From the human T2T-CHM13v2.0 reference genome, Homo sapiens: a stretch of DNA of 64,000 nt. The position numbers and the translations under genes are program-made. The stretch lies in assembly GCF_009914755.1 (NCBI RefSeq), contig NC_060936.1; one strand, given 5' to 3'. Shown piece by piece: positions 27,699 through 43,496 of this stretch; position 1 is the first letter of the stretch, and each line of letters starts with the position of its first letter. The notes under the pieces were generated by a model. It did not search any database. It had not been told where the DNA came from and worked only from the letters and a program-made list of their open reading frames with translations.

Positions 27699-29479
27699 TA
27701 TTTTTAGTTGTTTGAGGAACCTCCATACTGTTTTCCACAGTGGTCGTACTAATTTACATTCCCACCAACAGTGTATAAATGTTCCCTTTTCTCCACATCC
27801 TTGCCAACTTCAGGGGTTTTTTTGTCTGTTTAATGATAGCCATTCTAACTAGGGTAAGATGATATCTCATTGTGATTTTAATTTGCATTTCCCTGATGAT
27901 TAGTCTTTGTAGGATTTCTTTGGCTATAAACAGCATTGGTGGTGTCTGTGATTTCCTTGATGACAGGATGCAGTTTGCTAGTGGACACTGTTGTGATGAA
28001 GTTTTGCTGGGGACTGGGACACCAGGTAGGCCAGTCTTCAGGCCCCAGCAATGGCAGCAGTGGGCTGAGCATGCCTGTCCTAGGGCCCCAGAGCATCATA
28101 CATACTGGTGTTAGCAGGTCCAGGTAGGCTGATTATTGGGCCTCCGGGTGGCTTGTTCCCAGGAATGGCAGCAGTGGGCCAGGCATGTGAGCAGGTTCCC
28201 AAGCCCCTGTGCAGTGGGTGTGGTGTGGGTGATGCCAGTAGCAGCAACGGACATCCCTCTGGGACCCAAGTGGTCCACATTGGTGTTGGCAGTGCCTGTG
28301 ACAGGTCAGGCAGGCCAGTCCCCAGACCCACATGTGGGACCTGCAGGTCAGTGGCAGTTGTGGTGGTAGCAGCAGGTTGAGTGGGCCCAGCCTTATACCC
28401 CAGGAGGAGTGCTCAGGTGCCACTGGTGGTGGAGAGGGCTGGGCAATCCCCAGGCCTCTGGATGCTGCACTCTTGTACTGGAGGAGGTGGAGCCAGGCCA
28501 GACACCCTAGTGGTTCATATAGATGCTGGCTGTGGTATGCAAGGGTAGGGTGAGCCATGGCCAGCAAAATGCTCAGGTGGAGGCAGCAGAGGCCCTGCTA
28601 CTAGGGAGGATGGGTTGCTTTCCCTGGGAGCCACCATAGGTAGGCAGCCAGGGAGCATGGGCATCCCCCTGTGCCTCACCCACCTGCAGTCCACAGCCAC
28701 AGCAGCTGTGGGCAGTGGAATTTGCCCTTGGGGCATGTAAGAATGCACAGCTGCCCCTCTGCATGGGGCCAGGGCAGGTGTGTGTGGGTAGGGTGGGTGC
28801 GAGATTGCTGCCTCATCCTGGTTGCCAGGCAAAACCCAGTCCAGTGGGGGCTGGGCTCTTTACATGGCACTGTCTGACCACTGCTTAGGGATGTGTGGGA
28901 CCCAGGATGAGCTGTCTCTAGAGCAGTGCCTTACCACGGTTTCCAGGGAGCCCCCTATGTTAGTCTTGGGGCCACTGGGGTTGAGAGGCTCTCCCGTTGT
29001 AAGATTGCAGGGATTCATGCTGAGAATGTGGACCACTGGGTATCTCTCATTTACCTTGTCCCACAATGGGGAGTCTCTTCCAGCTCCCAGCTGATCTTGG
29101 CCAAACAGGCTTCCTCTCTTCCCTCTCCTTCCTTACTTTAGGTGTTTCCTGTCAGTTCTCTGTTGAATTCCAGTGTTCTCCCTTAGATGATCTATTTGAA
29201 GTGTGATTATCTGCTCACTATTTTGGTTTTTCTTAGCAGAAGAGGCGAGTAAGAGACGCCTCTACTCAGCCATCTTGAAGCCCCTCCACAATAAACTGAG
29301 AGAAAATGTCGATGGATAAAAACAAAGTACAAGATAATCTGTACGGTATACACAGGTTTGCCATTTACATAAATTTTTAAAGACACAATACTACATGTTT
29401 AGTTTAAAAGGAAAAGAAAGAAAAACAAACATGGAAACAACACCCACTCACTTCAAGACTTCTTTTTCTGTCAAGGGCT

Positions 29480-30120
29480 ATTATCATCCTTGCTCTAAAG
29501 TTAAACAATAAACTAAATTTCTTCCACAGTTAGGTTAGCCTACATATAAGAGTGAGAAAAGACAGCTTGTGAGGTTAGAAGCAAGGTAGAGTCAGTTGTG
29601 TTAGATTTCTCATTGCTATAATTTTGCAAAGGCAGTTTAAAGGCTCCTATAACAACAACAACAAAAAGATTAACAAGAGAAAAGCATACAAATTTATTTA
29701 ATATAAATTTTAGGTTACACAGGAGCCTGCAGAAATGAAGACCCAAAGATACAGGGAAGACTGTATTGTTGTGGAGAGCTGGGCTGCAGAAAGATGACTG
29801 GGAAACAGAAGGGTGTGATCCAATGGTAATAAAGTGGGGGAACTCAGCAAAACCTATTTGTCCAGATTCTTCTTGGTGTCTCTGTGTCTTCAGAGAGGAG
29901 GACATTTCTTTATTTTGTTTTGGGTATAGGGAGAGAAGCCCTTTATCTGAAATGAGGATTTTCTGACCTACTTTCAGAGGAAGGTCAGCTAGGTTTTATG
30001 GCCTGCTTCAGGGAAGAAGTGGAAAAGAAAGTGAGAGAGAGAGAGAGAGACCTTCCTGCTTTTGCTGTTTTCTGAAATGCCATGTGCCATTTTTCAGAAT
30101 AGCATGTCCTGAAACTCATC
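29480..30120 (-). mobile_element. ERV1 LTR fragments (LTR8-like to about 29640; MER34-like beyond)
   Basis: Reverse strand AACTGCCTTTGCAAAATTA...CTTGCTTCTAACCTC; then GATTAACAAGAGAAAAGCATACAAATTTATTTAA...GAAATGAAGACCCAAAG. Confidence 0.6.
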
Positions 30121-30227
30121 AATCTCTTAACAATAAAAAGCTCCTTCTCCAGAAGCCCCTAGTAAACTTTTTCTGCTGTCTTACTAAACCAACCAGGCAA
30201 GGCGGGCGGTCTGACATCATGACTAGA

Positions 30228-30351
30228 TGAAATCAGAGGTTCTCCGCATGGTTCCTAAACCAGCAACATCAACATCACCTGGGAACTTACTAAAAAACAT
30301 TCTCAACTTCACCTCACACCTACTAGAGGGATGGTCCAGAAAAAAAAATAG

Positions 30352-30399
<48 letters not shown>

Positions 30400-30450
30400 C
30401 AATCCCTTCAGATTATTCTAATGACATAAGAGTTTGAGAAGGACTGGGTT
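30228..30450. mobile_element. MER5A-like hAT MITE containing (GT)n at 30354-30397
   Basis: CAGCAACATCAACATCACCTGGGAACTT...AAGAGTTTGAGAAGGACTG. Confidence 0.7.
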
Positions 30451-30616
30451 GAATAATCAGGACCTCCCTTACAGCTCAGATCAATTAGCCTCTCTTGAGG
30501 CACATGGGCTGCATGGAGGAGGGGTGGAAACATGAACTAAATTAACATGATTTTAAGAAAGAAGAAGGGAGCTGCCAGGTAAGCAGTTGAATGTGCATTT
30601 ACATTCCTTGAGCATC

Positions 30617-31353
<737 letters not shown>

Positions 31354-31387
31354 CTAAAGTGATAAACACACCAATTAGGCTGTTTTA

Positions 31388-31880
<493 letters not shown>

Positions 31881-32921
31881 CATGCATTTGTTTCGGTTTG
31901 TTTGTGTTTTCAACATTTCTCTACTTGCAAAATGGAAGACCAGCCCCTGGTCTATGATGAGCACCTGCTCTCCCACAAAGGAAGCCAACCACCTTAAGTA
32001 ACATCAGCAGCTTGCCTCTCTCTCTCTCACTTTACAGAAAAGTAAACTGCAGCTAAAAGAATCTAAAATACTTCCCAAAGCCACTGAGTCAGTCAGCACC
32101 ATGACCAGAACTTGAAATTTTATTCTCTTAGAGTAAGAAGATTTATTATATCTGGCTAAGGTACAACTGTCTTACCATCTAGGGAAGTTTACTTTCTTTT
32201 TGTATTCATTTAATTTGCTTTTAACCTAGAGTTTTCAACAATTGAGATGCTAGCAGCTTCTTGAGTAGAGTAGAAGAAGTTGAGGAGAAAAGATCTTAAA
32301 CGAGCAGCTTTTATTTGGAGAGAAAAGATCCCCAACTTTCTTCATAAGTTCTCTAAAAAAAAATGCTGTCTGTGCTGAGGTAGCAGCTGTTCTATTATCA
32401 TATTTGACTCCATAGGGACTAACTTTGGGCTCCTTTTTTAAAATTGGAAATCAATATCAAATCAGGTGATGGAGAAAGCCAATGAAGTTCTTTTGTTCAT
32501 ATTCCCTTGCTGTGGGGCACAAACACTGTTCTCTTCGCTAGTATTGATCTGATAGCAGACAACTCTGTGTGTTTCTGCTTTGGGCAACCAAGATCCTTCA
32601 AGCACTCTTAGCCTGGCATAGGCTGGTCTTCCTTTGGACTAGAAAAAGAAAATCTATATATCTCTTTCTAAAACTTTTACTTGGAACAGTATTCAAAAGA
32701 CTTGTACTGCTTTGGTCAAATTGAAAGACTCAGTGTAAGACATCCACTCTATTTTCTCTAAGCTGCTGCCTATAAATTCCCAAGTTGACCAAGGAGTGGA
32801 AAAGAGTCAGGACAATCAATCAGCTGAAGAAAAGGCCAGCTGAATGACCACTGCTCCAATTATCACTGCAAGAGTTTGGTTTTTCCTACTCTCACGTGCT
32901 CACTCAGTGCAGCACAGAAGG

Positions 32922-33302
32922 TGTATTAGTATGTTCTCACATTGCTATGAAAAAATACTACCTGAGACTGGGTAATTAACAAGGAAAGAAGTTTAATCGA
33001 CTCACAGCTCCGCAGGCTTGACAGGAAGCATGGATGGCTAGGAGGCCTCAGGAAACACAATCACGGCAGAAGGCAAAGGGGAAGCAGGCACCTTCTTCAC
33101 AAGGTGAGAGAAGGGAGGGTGAGAGTGCAGGGAAAAAAAAACTTTCACTTTTAAAACTATCAGAACTCATGAGAATTTACTCACTATCCCAAGAACAGCA
33201 TGGGGGAACCGCCCCCATGATCTAATCACCTCCCTCCCTCAACACATGGGGATTACAATTGGAGATGAGATTTGGGTGGGGACACAGAACCAAACCATAT
33301 CA
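32922..33302 (-). mobile_element. MSTA/THE1-like MaLR solo LTR
   Basis: TGTATTAG...AAACCATATCA termini; perfect 5-bp TSD GAAGG. Confidence 0.9.
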
Positions 33303-33982
33303 GAAGGCTTCTGTGACCAGGCATGTGTTGGGTTTACCACATACCAAGCAATTCTCCAGCAGACACCAACTGGGTATCCTATAACTTCATTCAATTCTTC
33401 TGCTATCTACCTGGGGATAGCATCAGACTCTGCAGGCTAAGGTCACAGTCCCACAAGACTGCCTCCCACTTCAGATGCCAATGGCAAGCCCCAGGTTGTG
33501 ATCTGTGCTTCTGACTGACCAGCTAAAAACCTGGGTTCCCATATCCCCCTCCTCATGTTCAATTAATTTGCTAGAGAGGCTTACAGAACTCGAGGAAACA
33601 CTTTACTTGTGTTACCCATGTATTATAAAGGATATTACAATGGATACAGATGAACAGCCAGACGGAAGAGATGCACAGGAAAAGGTATGAGGAAAGGGGC
33701 ACGGAGCTTCCATGCCTCCCTGGGCACAGCCCCCACCAGACACCTCCAAGTGTTCAGCAACCCGAAAGCTCCCTGAACCCTGTCCTTTGGGTTTTATGGA
33801 GGCTTCATTACACAGGTATGGTTGATTATATCATTGGCCATTGAGGCTTGCCCCTTTCTTCTCCCACGGGGTGGAGAGGGCTGGGTTGAAACTTCCAACC
33901 CCCTACTCATGCTGTGTCTTTCTGGTGACCTGACCCATCCCAAAGCTATCTGGAGGACCCCAGCCACCAGTCATCTCATTAG

Positions 33983-34426
<444 letters not shown>

Positions 34427-34479
34427 TAGCTAATTTACCATTGGACCATTTTCTAGGTTTATGACATCTTTTCACCCTC

Positions 34480-34927
34480 TTGAGGTGAATTAAATGATCA
34501 GTTCCAGTTCTTTACCCCTTCTTTGCCATGACCTCATCATGAGCAGAATGTATTTCCTGCCCTTAATGTTGGGCTCTACAATGTGGCTTGTTTTCTTCAG
34601 TGGCAGGAGAAAAGAACCAACAGTCCAAAGCCTAAACTTGAATATTTCTGTTTGCCTTCTTGCTCTGTTGTATCACCATGAGAAGAACTTGCCCCGCTCG
34701 ATGGCTGCACCAGGGAGAATGAGAGATATGTGGAGCTGATTTAGCCTAGACCTACAGAAGCAGAGCCACCCCAGTTGCTGCAACTAGAAGCATAGATACC
34801 CGGCTGAGCCCAGCCCAGATGAGCCAACAGATGCCCAACCTACACATCCATCAGCTAATTAGATGCTTACTGATGTATACTGGTGAGATCTCATGCAGCA
34901 TTGTTCTAACAGTAGTTAACCAAAACA
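34480..34927 (+). mobile_element. MLT1-type MaLR LTR
   Basis: CACCATGAGAAGAAC...GCAGAGCCACCCCAG...GCTGAGCCCAGCCCAGAT...AGTTAACCAAAACA. Confidence 0.6.
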
Positions 34928-35288
34928 CTCTTTCTTTTAAAAGAAAATTAGATAATTCAGTGCATAAGATGAGCCTATAGAAAATACAATTGCTTTTGAA
35001 ACAAATGCACAGAATATGGTTAAATCCATGAATTTGTCCCCATTAAAGCCTATACATTTACTCTTTTGATACTGCCTTCTTCCAAAATAGTTTTGAGAAA
35101 TGCTTTTAAGCTTCGTTTTCTAAATGTATAGCACCAATTTTGTATTATCCTCAGTAATAAAAAATCTTCATACTTTGAAAAATCCTTGATTTTTTAAAAA
35201 AACTAAAAACACTAGGAGGTATTTGGTTTTCTTAAGGATCAACTGGAATTATTTTCATTTTTATTCAGTAGAAATAATATATAGTTCA

Positions 35289-35590
<302 letters not shown>

Positions 35591-35922
35591 AATATATAGT
35601 TCAGAAAATTTTAAAAATTAAAACAAAATGTTTCAAACTCACAACTATAACTCAATTGCTTTAGCATATTCAATTTTTTTCTTTAATGCATATGTTTTAC
35701 TAAGATTCTCAAAAATTTTTTCCCTTAAATGGATAGGTTCCTTATCACACTTTTGCAAATTGAAACTTAATTGGAAAATAAATGTTTGGTATCAATTTGA
35801 ATCATTTTTAAAACACCCCTGGCCATGTGCTTTTTGTGTATATTTTATTTGATTTAGGCCAATTACAGTATCCAGAATGTGTGCCAATCAAATTGTCATT
35901 CAAGTATCTCTATGCTCCCTCT

Positions 35923-36394
35923 TGAGAAAAAAAAAAAAAAAAAGAAATGCTTTATCTGAGGAATGTGAGACCCCTCTGAAATGATCAGGCCCAGGGAGGA
36001 ATTGAAATGTGACTTCAGGCACATCTCACTTCCCCCTAAGTAATCACCTTCTGAAGCTACTTGCTATGTGGGCTCTAGACAGACTGACACCAAGTAGTCA
36101 TAAATTAACCCAACAATGCCATCCACTGGACACCATAACTCATACCCTACAGTTCAACAATGTATAGCCAATCACTAGTCAGTGTTATTTCTGTAAACCA
36201 ATGGGAATGCCTGTCAAACAACTTTGTCTCTACCCATCCTTGCTCCCTTTTGCCTTTAAAACCCTGCTTGTAACAAAAGCCGAATGGAGCATGTCCCAAG
36301 GCAACTTGGAAGTATTTCCCAGGCGGCTGTCCTCATTCTGACTCAAGTAAAGTATTTAATATTTTGTGCCTCAGCCTCTTCCTTTAGGTCAACA
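35923..36394 (+). mobile_element. ERV1-class solo LTR
   Basis: TG...CAACA termini; TTTATCTGAGGAATG, AGCCAATCAC, TATA-like TTTAAAA and AGTAAA poly-A signal. Confidence 0.7.
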
Positions 36395-36475
36395 CTTTGA
36401 AATAAATTCCAGAGTCAGAGAAAATGGCAGAAAAATTTTTGAATTAGGAGAATTGGAATTTGCAAATATCATCCA

Positions 36476-36775
36476 GGCCGGGCACGGTGGCTCATGCCTG
36501 TAATCCTGGCAGTTTGGGAGGCCGAGGCAGGTGGATCATGAGGTCAGGAGTTCGAGACCAGCCTGACCAACATGGTGAAACCCCATCTCTACTAAAAATA
36601 CAAAAAAAAATTAGCCAGGGGTGGTGGCACGCACCTGTAATCCCAGCTACTCAGGAGGCTGAGGCAGGAGAATCACTTGAACCCAGAGACGAAGGTTGCG
36701 GTGAGCCAAGATCGCACCACTGCAACCCAGCCTGGACAACAGAGCAAGAGTCTCAAAAAAAAAGAAAGAAAGAAA
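36476..36775 (+). mobile_element. AluSg-like element
   Basis: Full dimer with A-rich tail. Confidence 0.94.
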
Positions 36776-38579
36776 TGTATCATCCAGAAGTGTAAAAGCC
36801 AAGAGCCTCAATGGGTGGCTCTGCTAGATCTCGAGACACAAAGGGATGGTGTGTGTCTGACGAGACTTTGAGGGAGAGGATTCTCTCCTTTAAGCCAATT
36901 CTACATGATTATTCCATGAAAGCTACACTAAGCTCTGAAGAGTGTGCGTGGACATGGAGCTTTTACCCCTCCTGCCTGACTCTGAAGCTTTGGTCTAGCA
37001 AAAGCATCACATTCCTTCAATGCAACAATATTCCACTCGTGCAAACTTTTGATGACAGTGAAAATTTAGAACTTGGATGGGGTCTAAGATCTGCCACAGC
37101 CACATATTTAGTGTCCCTCAGATTTGGTGTCTTCCAGACCATGGCCGTATTTCTATGCAGATAGTCTCCAATTCTTTAGCTCTAATTCCAAGGAGTGATA
37201 CTAATGCCTAAAGAGGGGTCATAATTAACAAAAACAACAAGTTATATTTCACAAAATTACTTCATTTAACACCCAGTTTAACAGCTACTAATGGAAATAT
37301 GCTTGTGATAAGCCTTTGTAATGAATATTTTCTAAATCAATTTCTTTAAAACTTTATTCTAATTTTGCATATCGTTATAATTATGGTACGCCTACACACT
37401 AATTTCCTTTCTTTAAATATTTGATCATAAGCATAAAACTACATATATTTAATGACTGTATAATATTCCAGAATTAAAGACATCACATTTATTTAGACAT
37501 TCTCTTACAAGCAGATATTTAGTTTTTGGCTTTTTAAAATAAATAATGCTAAAAGAAACATGTCTGTGTATATGAGTTTTCCCTTTCATATTAGTTACTT
37601 GTGAAAGATTGCTAGCTGCAGGACTATTAGATCAACACTCACGAACATTTCTGTGACACTTTCTACATAGTGAGATATTGTTTTCCAGAAGCTTAGATCA
37701 TTTTCATTGGAGTAAAGAATACCAATTTCACCATAATTTTGTAAATATTTGATATTATCAATTATAAATAATTTTTATTGATACAATAGACAAGTAAAGT
37801 ATCTCCCTATATTTTTAAAACTAGCATTTATCTAATTACAAGCCAAATTGAATATTTTTGCATGTTTACTTACTAGTTTTATATTACATTTGTTTGCTAG
37901 TCACCTTTTCATGGTTTTTTTGGCGGGGGTGGTGGGCTGGTTTTATATATAGTGAAGAAATGATATCAGCTAAGGAATCAGTGATTTGCTAAGGGGAAGA
38001 AAAAGACCTTGAAAAATAAAGAGGAGATTTTAAAGAATTGTCCATACAGATAAATACATTGAAGAGATTCTCACCTCCAAAATGTCCTTTGAAAAATTCA
38101 GGTTGAGGTATTAGGGCGAAATTGTGTTAAATGCATAGAATATGCTAGACAGAATTGACAAGCTAGAAAGAAACAATGTATACGAAGTAGATAACAGCAG
38201 CACAAGAGTGTTTTAAGCCACTCAAAAGTGAAACTGGAGCTAGTGGGCAAAGTGTAAAAGCCATTGTTGAACTAGGTATCTGCAGCAATAACCTGCCTGT
38301 GGGACTCAGAGCATCCAATGCTCGGGAGAGGCTAAACCTTACAAAGTTAAGCTCACATTCACATTTGGGAACACCAGTATTGAGGGGTGTCCTTGGACCC
38401 AAACAGGTATAACCTTTATTGAGAACAATGACAAGGATCCTTTGGGGCCATATAGTGTCATATTCATGCTAAAGGCATGAAGATTTGGTTTTGATCTCTA
38501 TGTCCTACTAGTTGTGTGATCTTAAAAAATTGACTTCCTCTCTCTAACCCTCAATTCCATGAATGGAACATGAACAGAC

Positions 38580-39119
38580 TGTAGGAGAAAAATAATGACC
38601 CCCATGAGTTCTTAGTTTGAATGGACCCATAATACCAAAGACAGATCAGCAAGATGAAAACCAATTAACTGGTATATTTCATATAGACATAGGAGAAACC
38701 AGAAAATGAGTAGTTCTCAAAGAGGTGTTGGTTTTGAATTCCAACTTATATAGCATCTTCAGCAAAGAACAGTAAAGTTTTAGAGAAGGGACAAGACAAA
38801 GGAAAAGGACTTTGAGTCTCTAGGGGCAACAACTTGGGGGAAGGCAAATAACAGGCAGATAAATGTTAGTTAATAAAGCTTGTTGAAATAGATTATTCTG
38901 GTGCCATCTTTAGGCTGATGAGGGGCTAAAGCTGTCTTCAGTGGTTAAGCTTTGTTCTTCCTGGTAGAGAGGAAGGCAAAATACCTTTTGTCTTTGTAAA
39001 TCTAAGTCCTGCTTCTAGGCAAGTAAAGGGAAAGCAGAAGGCATTCCTGCATCTGCTTCTTCTTGTCTTCGGTGCAACTATTCTTCATATTTTGAAGTGA
39101 CATATTCTGGTCTTCCACA
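38580..39119 (-). mobile_element. MER39-like ERV1 LTR inserted in a MIR (about 38470-39225)
   Basis: Reverse strand starts TGTGGAAGACCAGAATATGTCACTTCAAAATATGAAG; MIR halves lie on either side. Confidence 0.75.
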
Positions 39120-39699
39120 GGCTCACTATGCTAAGCCCATAAGACTTTGAGAATTCAATGAGACAACATGCTTAGCCTTGTGCCCAACCTGGATTTAGCC
39201 CTCAGTAGATCTTAGCAATTATTATTTGTCTATAAAAGAAATTCACACAAGAATGACATTTTAGAGTCCTTTAAAGGACTAAATAAGACTAAGAACAGGG
39301 AGTTACTAACAGTCACATTTGCCAGGTGTGACTTTGTACTTTTGATCTTGCTAACCCACCTGTCATATCACCCAACTAGCACCCAACAGAGCACATCCAT
39401 GGCAATTCGATGGTGACTCTCAACCTGTTTTGAACTTCACAACAATGAGTTATAATTTCTCATTAATACATTAATGTAAGTTTAACAATAATATACTTAC
39501 TACTAGTTATTTTTAAAATCTTGATTACCTGCTAATTCCTTTCGTGCCAGACCTATATACTGCAATCACACTCTAAGATGGATATTTTCATTCCACTGCA
39601 GATGAATATAGGATTCTCTTTAACAGCCAGGCCTCTCATGGAGGGGACTGCCTTGTTTAAGGCCACTTCCATAAAAGATGAATAGGATACACCCTTTTC

Positions 39700-39965
39700 C
39701 TCTTTTCATCTTCCTCGTCTCCTCCTTTCTGCTGCTTGAAGCATGGGGTGATGGCTGGGACTCCATTTGCAGTGATGAAGTCAGGAGCTGCACCCTAGAG
39801 ATGGTGGAAGAAAAGCTGGGAGCATCCTAAATCCCAGACAGCTACAGCCACCATGCAAGCCCTGGACTGCCCACCACTAGACTTTGCTGGGGAGAGAATA
39901 AAACTCTCTATCAAGCTAATATTTTTGAGTCTCTGTTAATCACAATCAGTCCTACTCCTGACTGG
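39700..39965 (+). mobile_element. Ancient ERVL/MaLR LTR fragment
   Basis: GTGATGGCTGGGACTCC...AGCCCTGGACTGCCCACC...GAGAGAATAAAACTC. Confidence 0.5.
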
Positions 39966-42867
39966 TGGGAGAGGGCACAAACTTTACCCAGAAGCCAGTC
40001 TCAGTTAAGGTCAAAGAAGATGACCTCAGATGATATCTGGGTCACACCTATTTTAAAGATGAAGAAACAGAGGATCAAAGAGGTTAAGTGACCTGCCCGA
40101 GCTAGGTAAGTGGCCGAACTGGAATTTCAGCCAAGGTCTACCTGACTAAATTTCTGCATTTTTTTTTGTCACCCCTAATTCTAATTTATCTCTTCCTTCT
40201 CCCATCTTTCCTGATTTCTGCCTCTCCCTTGGAGCTGACATTAACACTGCTTTTCAGATATTAAACTTGGCTCCCTTCTCAGATACAGTCTGCAGTTTCA
40301 CTCTTCCCTTCCTCTAATTGTGGTCAGCCTCTAGACCCCTGAGAACACTGTCCCCTCCCCAGTCCAGTCAAGACTAGCTCCCTTGGCTCTATCCCAGGGT
40401 ACATGCATACGACCAGCATTCCTGCTGGATTTCCCCAGTAACAGGGAATTAGACATTAATTCGGCTACACTTTCCATAAGACTTATTAAAAGTTAGGCAC
40501 AAGTGCATTTTTGCCTTTAAGTTGAATCATAGTGAGATTGAAGAGAATTTCTAAATATAGGAGGATAACACATTCAAATCAGTTATTAAAGGAAGCTAGA
40601 GGTGTGTAGGGTATGTCCTTCAACCTCCTGAGATTGATATCAGGGGAAAACATGCTCTTTAAAAAAAAAATTCTAGAATGCCACTGTGAGAGAGAAAATG
40701 CTAAGTGGCTTGACCCTTTTGGCATTTCTTTGGTTCAAGTTTAATAAATTCCTTCTTAAAATATTGTTTTCCTATTATGAAAATAGTTCATGTTAATTTA
40801 GAATAATTATAAAATAAAGAAGAATTCTAACTCAATAAGAATCACTGTTAATATTTTGGTATTCTCTACTTGCAGTCTCTTTGCTTCATAAATTTTTTAT
40901 ACCCTTGTGATCATGATATATAAAATACTTACATAGAGTGATTATTCACAGCAACTATTTTATTTTTGAAGCTATGAATACAGATTGTAAAATATATGGA
41001 AAATAGAAAGAAGTATGAAAAAATAAAATCATCCAGAATTTCAATGCCCAGAGAAAATTAATAATAAACATTTCAGTTTTTGTCCCAGGAGCCTTCTTGC
41101 TATATATTTTTACATGATTGAGATCAAACTGTAGAGCCTAAATCTTAAGTAAATTCAATACAGAAACACCCAGGGTATATATAGAAGATGTTGCAAAGAG
41201 TCTTTCCCTTAGATACCTGGTATCTACGATCATTAATATGAATTTTAAAGAAGCAGAAAATCATAGCTAAAGTTCTCTGGCAAAGAAAATGCCTAATATA
41301 TTGCTCTTTACAACTCTGATTTTATGGAAGGAAAAAATACTATTTGTTTAGCAATTTTTCTAGCACGCTATCCCCAGTATGTAAATAGTTTTGTCATTCT
41401 TGGTGAGTATAGCAGAATAACAACAATTATTGTTTCAAGTGGTCTTCAAACCTGGCAACAGCATCCTTCTAAATTATGGTGGGAAGAATGTGGCCCCCAA
41501 AAATACATTTCTTGGTACTGGGAAAAGGGCAAAAACAAGAAGGGAAGAGCTGAGAGACCCACTTTCTTCCTTGTCACATCAGCCATGTGGCTTTTCTTCA
41601 CACCTTTTCTCTTCATCCTGTCTACTAATAGATCTGCTGTCTCCATGCACAGAGGACATAGCCTCTTGCTTCATCTGTGTTTCTGCTTTCCTCTTTTCTG
41701 CTTCCATGGTTTTCTTGGAATGGCATCTCCTGAAGAAAGGAAGACAGAAGGAGGAGGCAGTGGCTCCCATGGTGGACCTACACAGAGGTACAGTTGAAAC
41801 CCTGACACAAGAGTCTTCCGAGTTCCAGAGCTCTGGAATTACATTTGTGATTAAATGAATCCCAAAGAAAGCCCCAGGATTACTGCATGCCCTGTAGAGT
41901 CAGCCCATTATAATCATAATGCATATAAAGTCCCTATACTACAGCTTCAGAGCAGTCTTGTGTTTAAAGAAGCAGAGCCCAGGAGTTTTTAATCTTCCTT
42001 CTGGTCTCTTTCAAATATTAAAGAGTATCCACAGCAGCTCATTAAAACTCCCAGGACTGCCTCTTTCTATTTCCCCATAAGATCCCTTTGTCTCTCTTTC
42101 ATTTATACCTCCCATCCCTACCAGCCTGGTGCCTCAATGGTCTCTTTCTTCCTAGGCCTCTAGGAACAAGCTGTTGACACTCTTGTCTGCCACTTGACCT
42201 CAGAGAAATTGATGTTCTTCTAGGCTTCTGGCTTGTTTTCTCCTGAGAAGCCCCCTAGTGTGTCTGGTTTTCTCTTGGAAAGAGGAAGGGGTGGGAAGCT
42301 AAGAGAACAAAGGGCAGGTGAAAGAAAAATGTGGTTTCCATCCCATCATACAGTATGAAAGTGGTCTTGGAAAAATGAGATGTTGATGGTGTATGGGGAG
42401 GAAACTCATGAGATCAGAGCACAAAGCATCACTACTCAAGGAACACTGTGGAGTGCAAAGCATTCTTGTGAGGCTTGTCCATCCTTCTCAAGTTCCAAAA
42501 CTCTTGCACACAAGTCTGGATTGGGGACACTGGGAAACAAGTCTAGATTGGGGGACATTGGTAGGCAAGCCTGTGTAGGAGCTGGCATGAAGAAAAAAGG
42601 TAAGAGCAACTCATTCCATTCCTGTCCACCAGTATTTGACTTACGCGTTTATCTTTAATTATATTTCTTTGATTTCTCTTATCAGAATCTGACATTGGGG
42701 GACATTCATGTGCAAAGTTCACACAGAGAGTAACAAAAGCATATATCACACTGGAGATGTAGCACTAACAACCTCCACCAACCCTGCACACCTCCACCTC
42801 TTCTTCAGCTACCTCCAGCTGCCACCAATGACACCACCTGCACCACTAACAGTGTGCACATTACTAG

Positions 42868-43496
<629 letters not shown>

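Larger units (their letters stand above)
25893..29287 (-). mobile_element. L1M/L1MA with 5'UTR joined directly to the ORF2 3' end and 3'UTR (internal deletion)
   Basis: Minus-strand 5' end GGAGGGGCTTCAAGATGGCTGAG; GC-rich 5'UTR at 27905-29287; L1MA-type 3' end with poly-T at about 25897; TSD ACAATAAACT at 25883-25892 and 29288-29297. Confidence 0.8.

Noticed and set aside
27872-29141. Dense cluster of ORFs in GC-rich DNA that could be a gene or CpG island
   Set aside because: It is the CpG-depleted 5'UTR of the minus-strand L1; high GC content lowers stop-codon frequency.
41324-41858. Overlapping 157-aa and 142-aa ORFs in non-repeat sequence
   Set aside because: No recognisable domain, composition typical of chance frames, and no supported exon structure.
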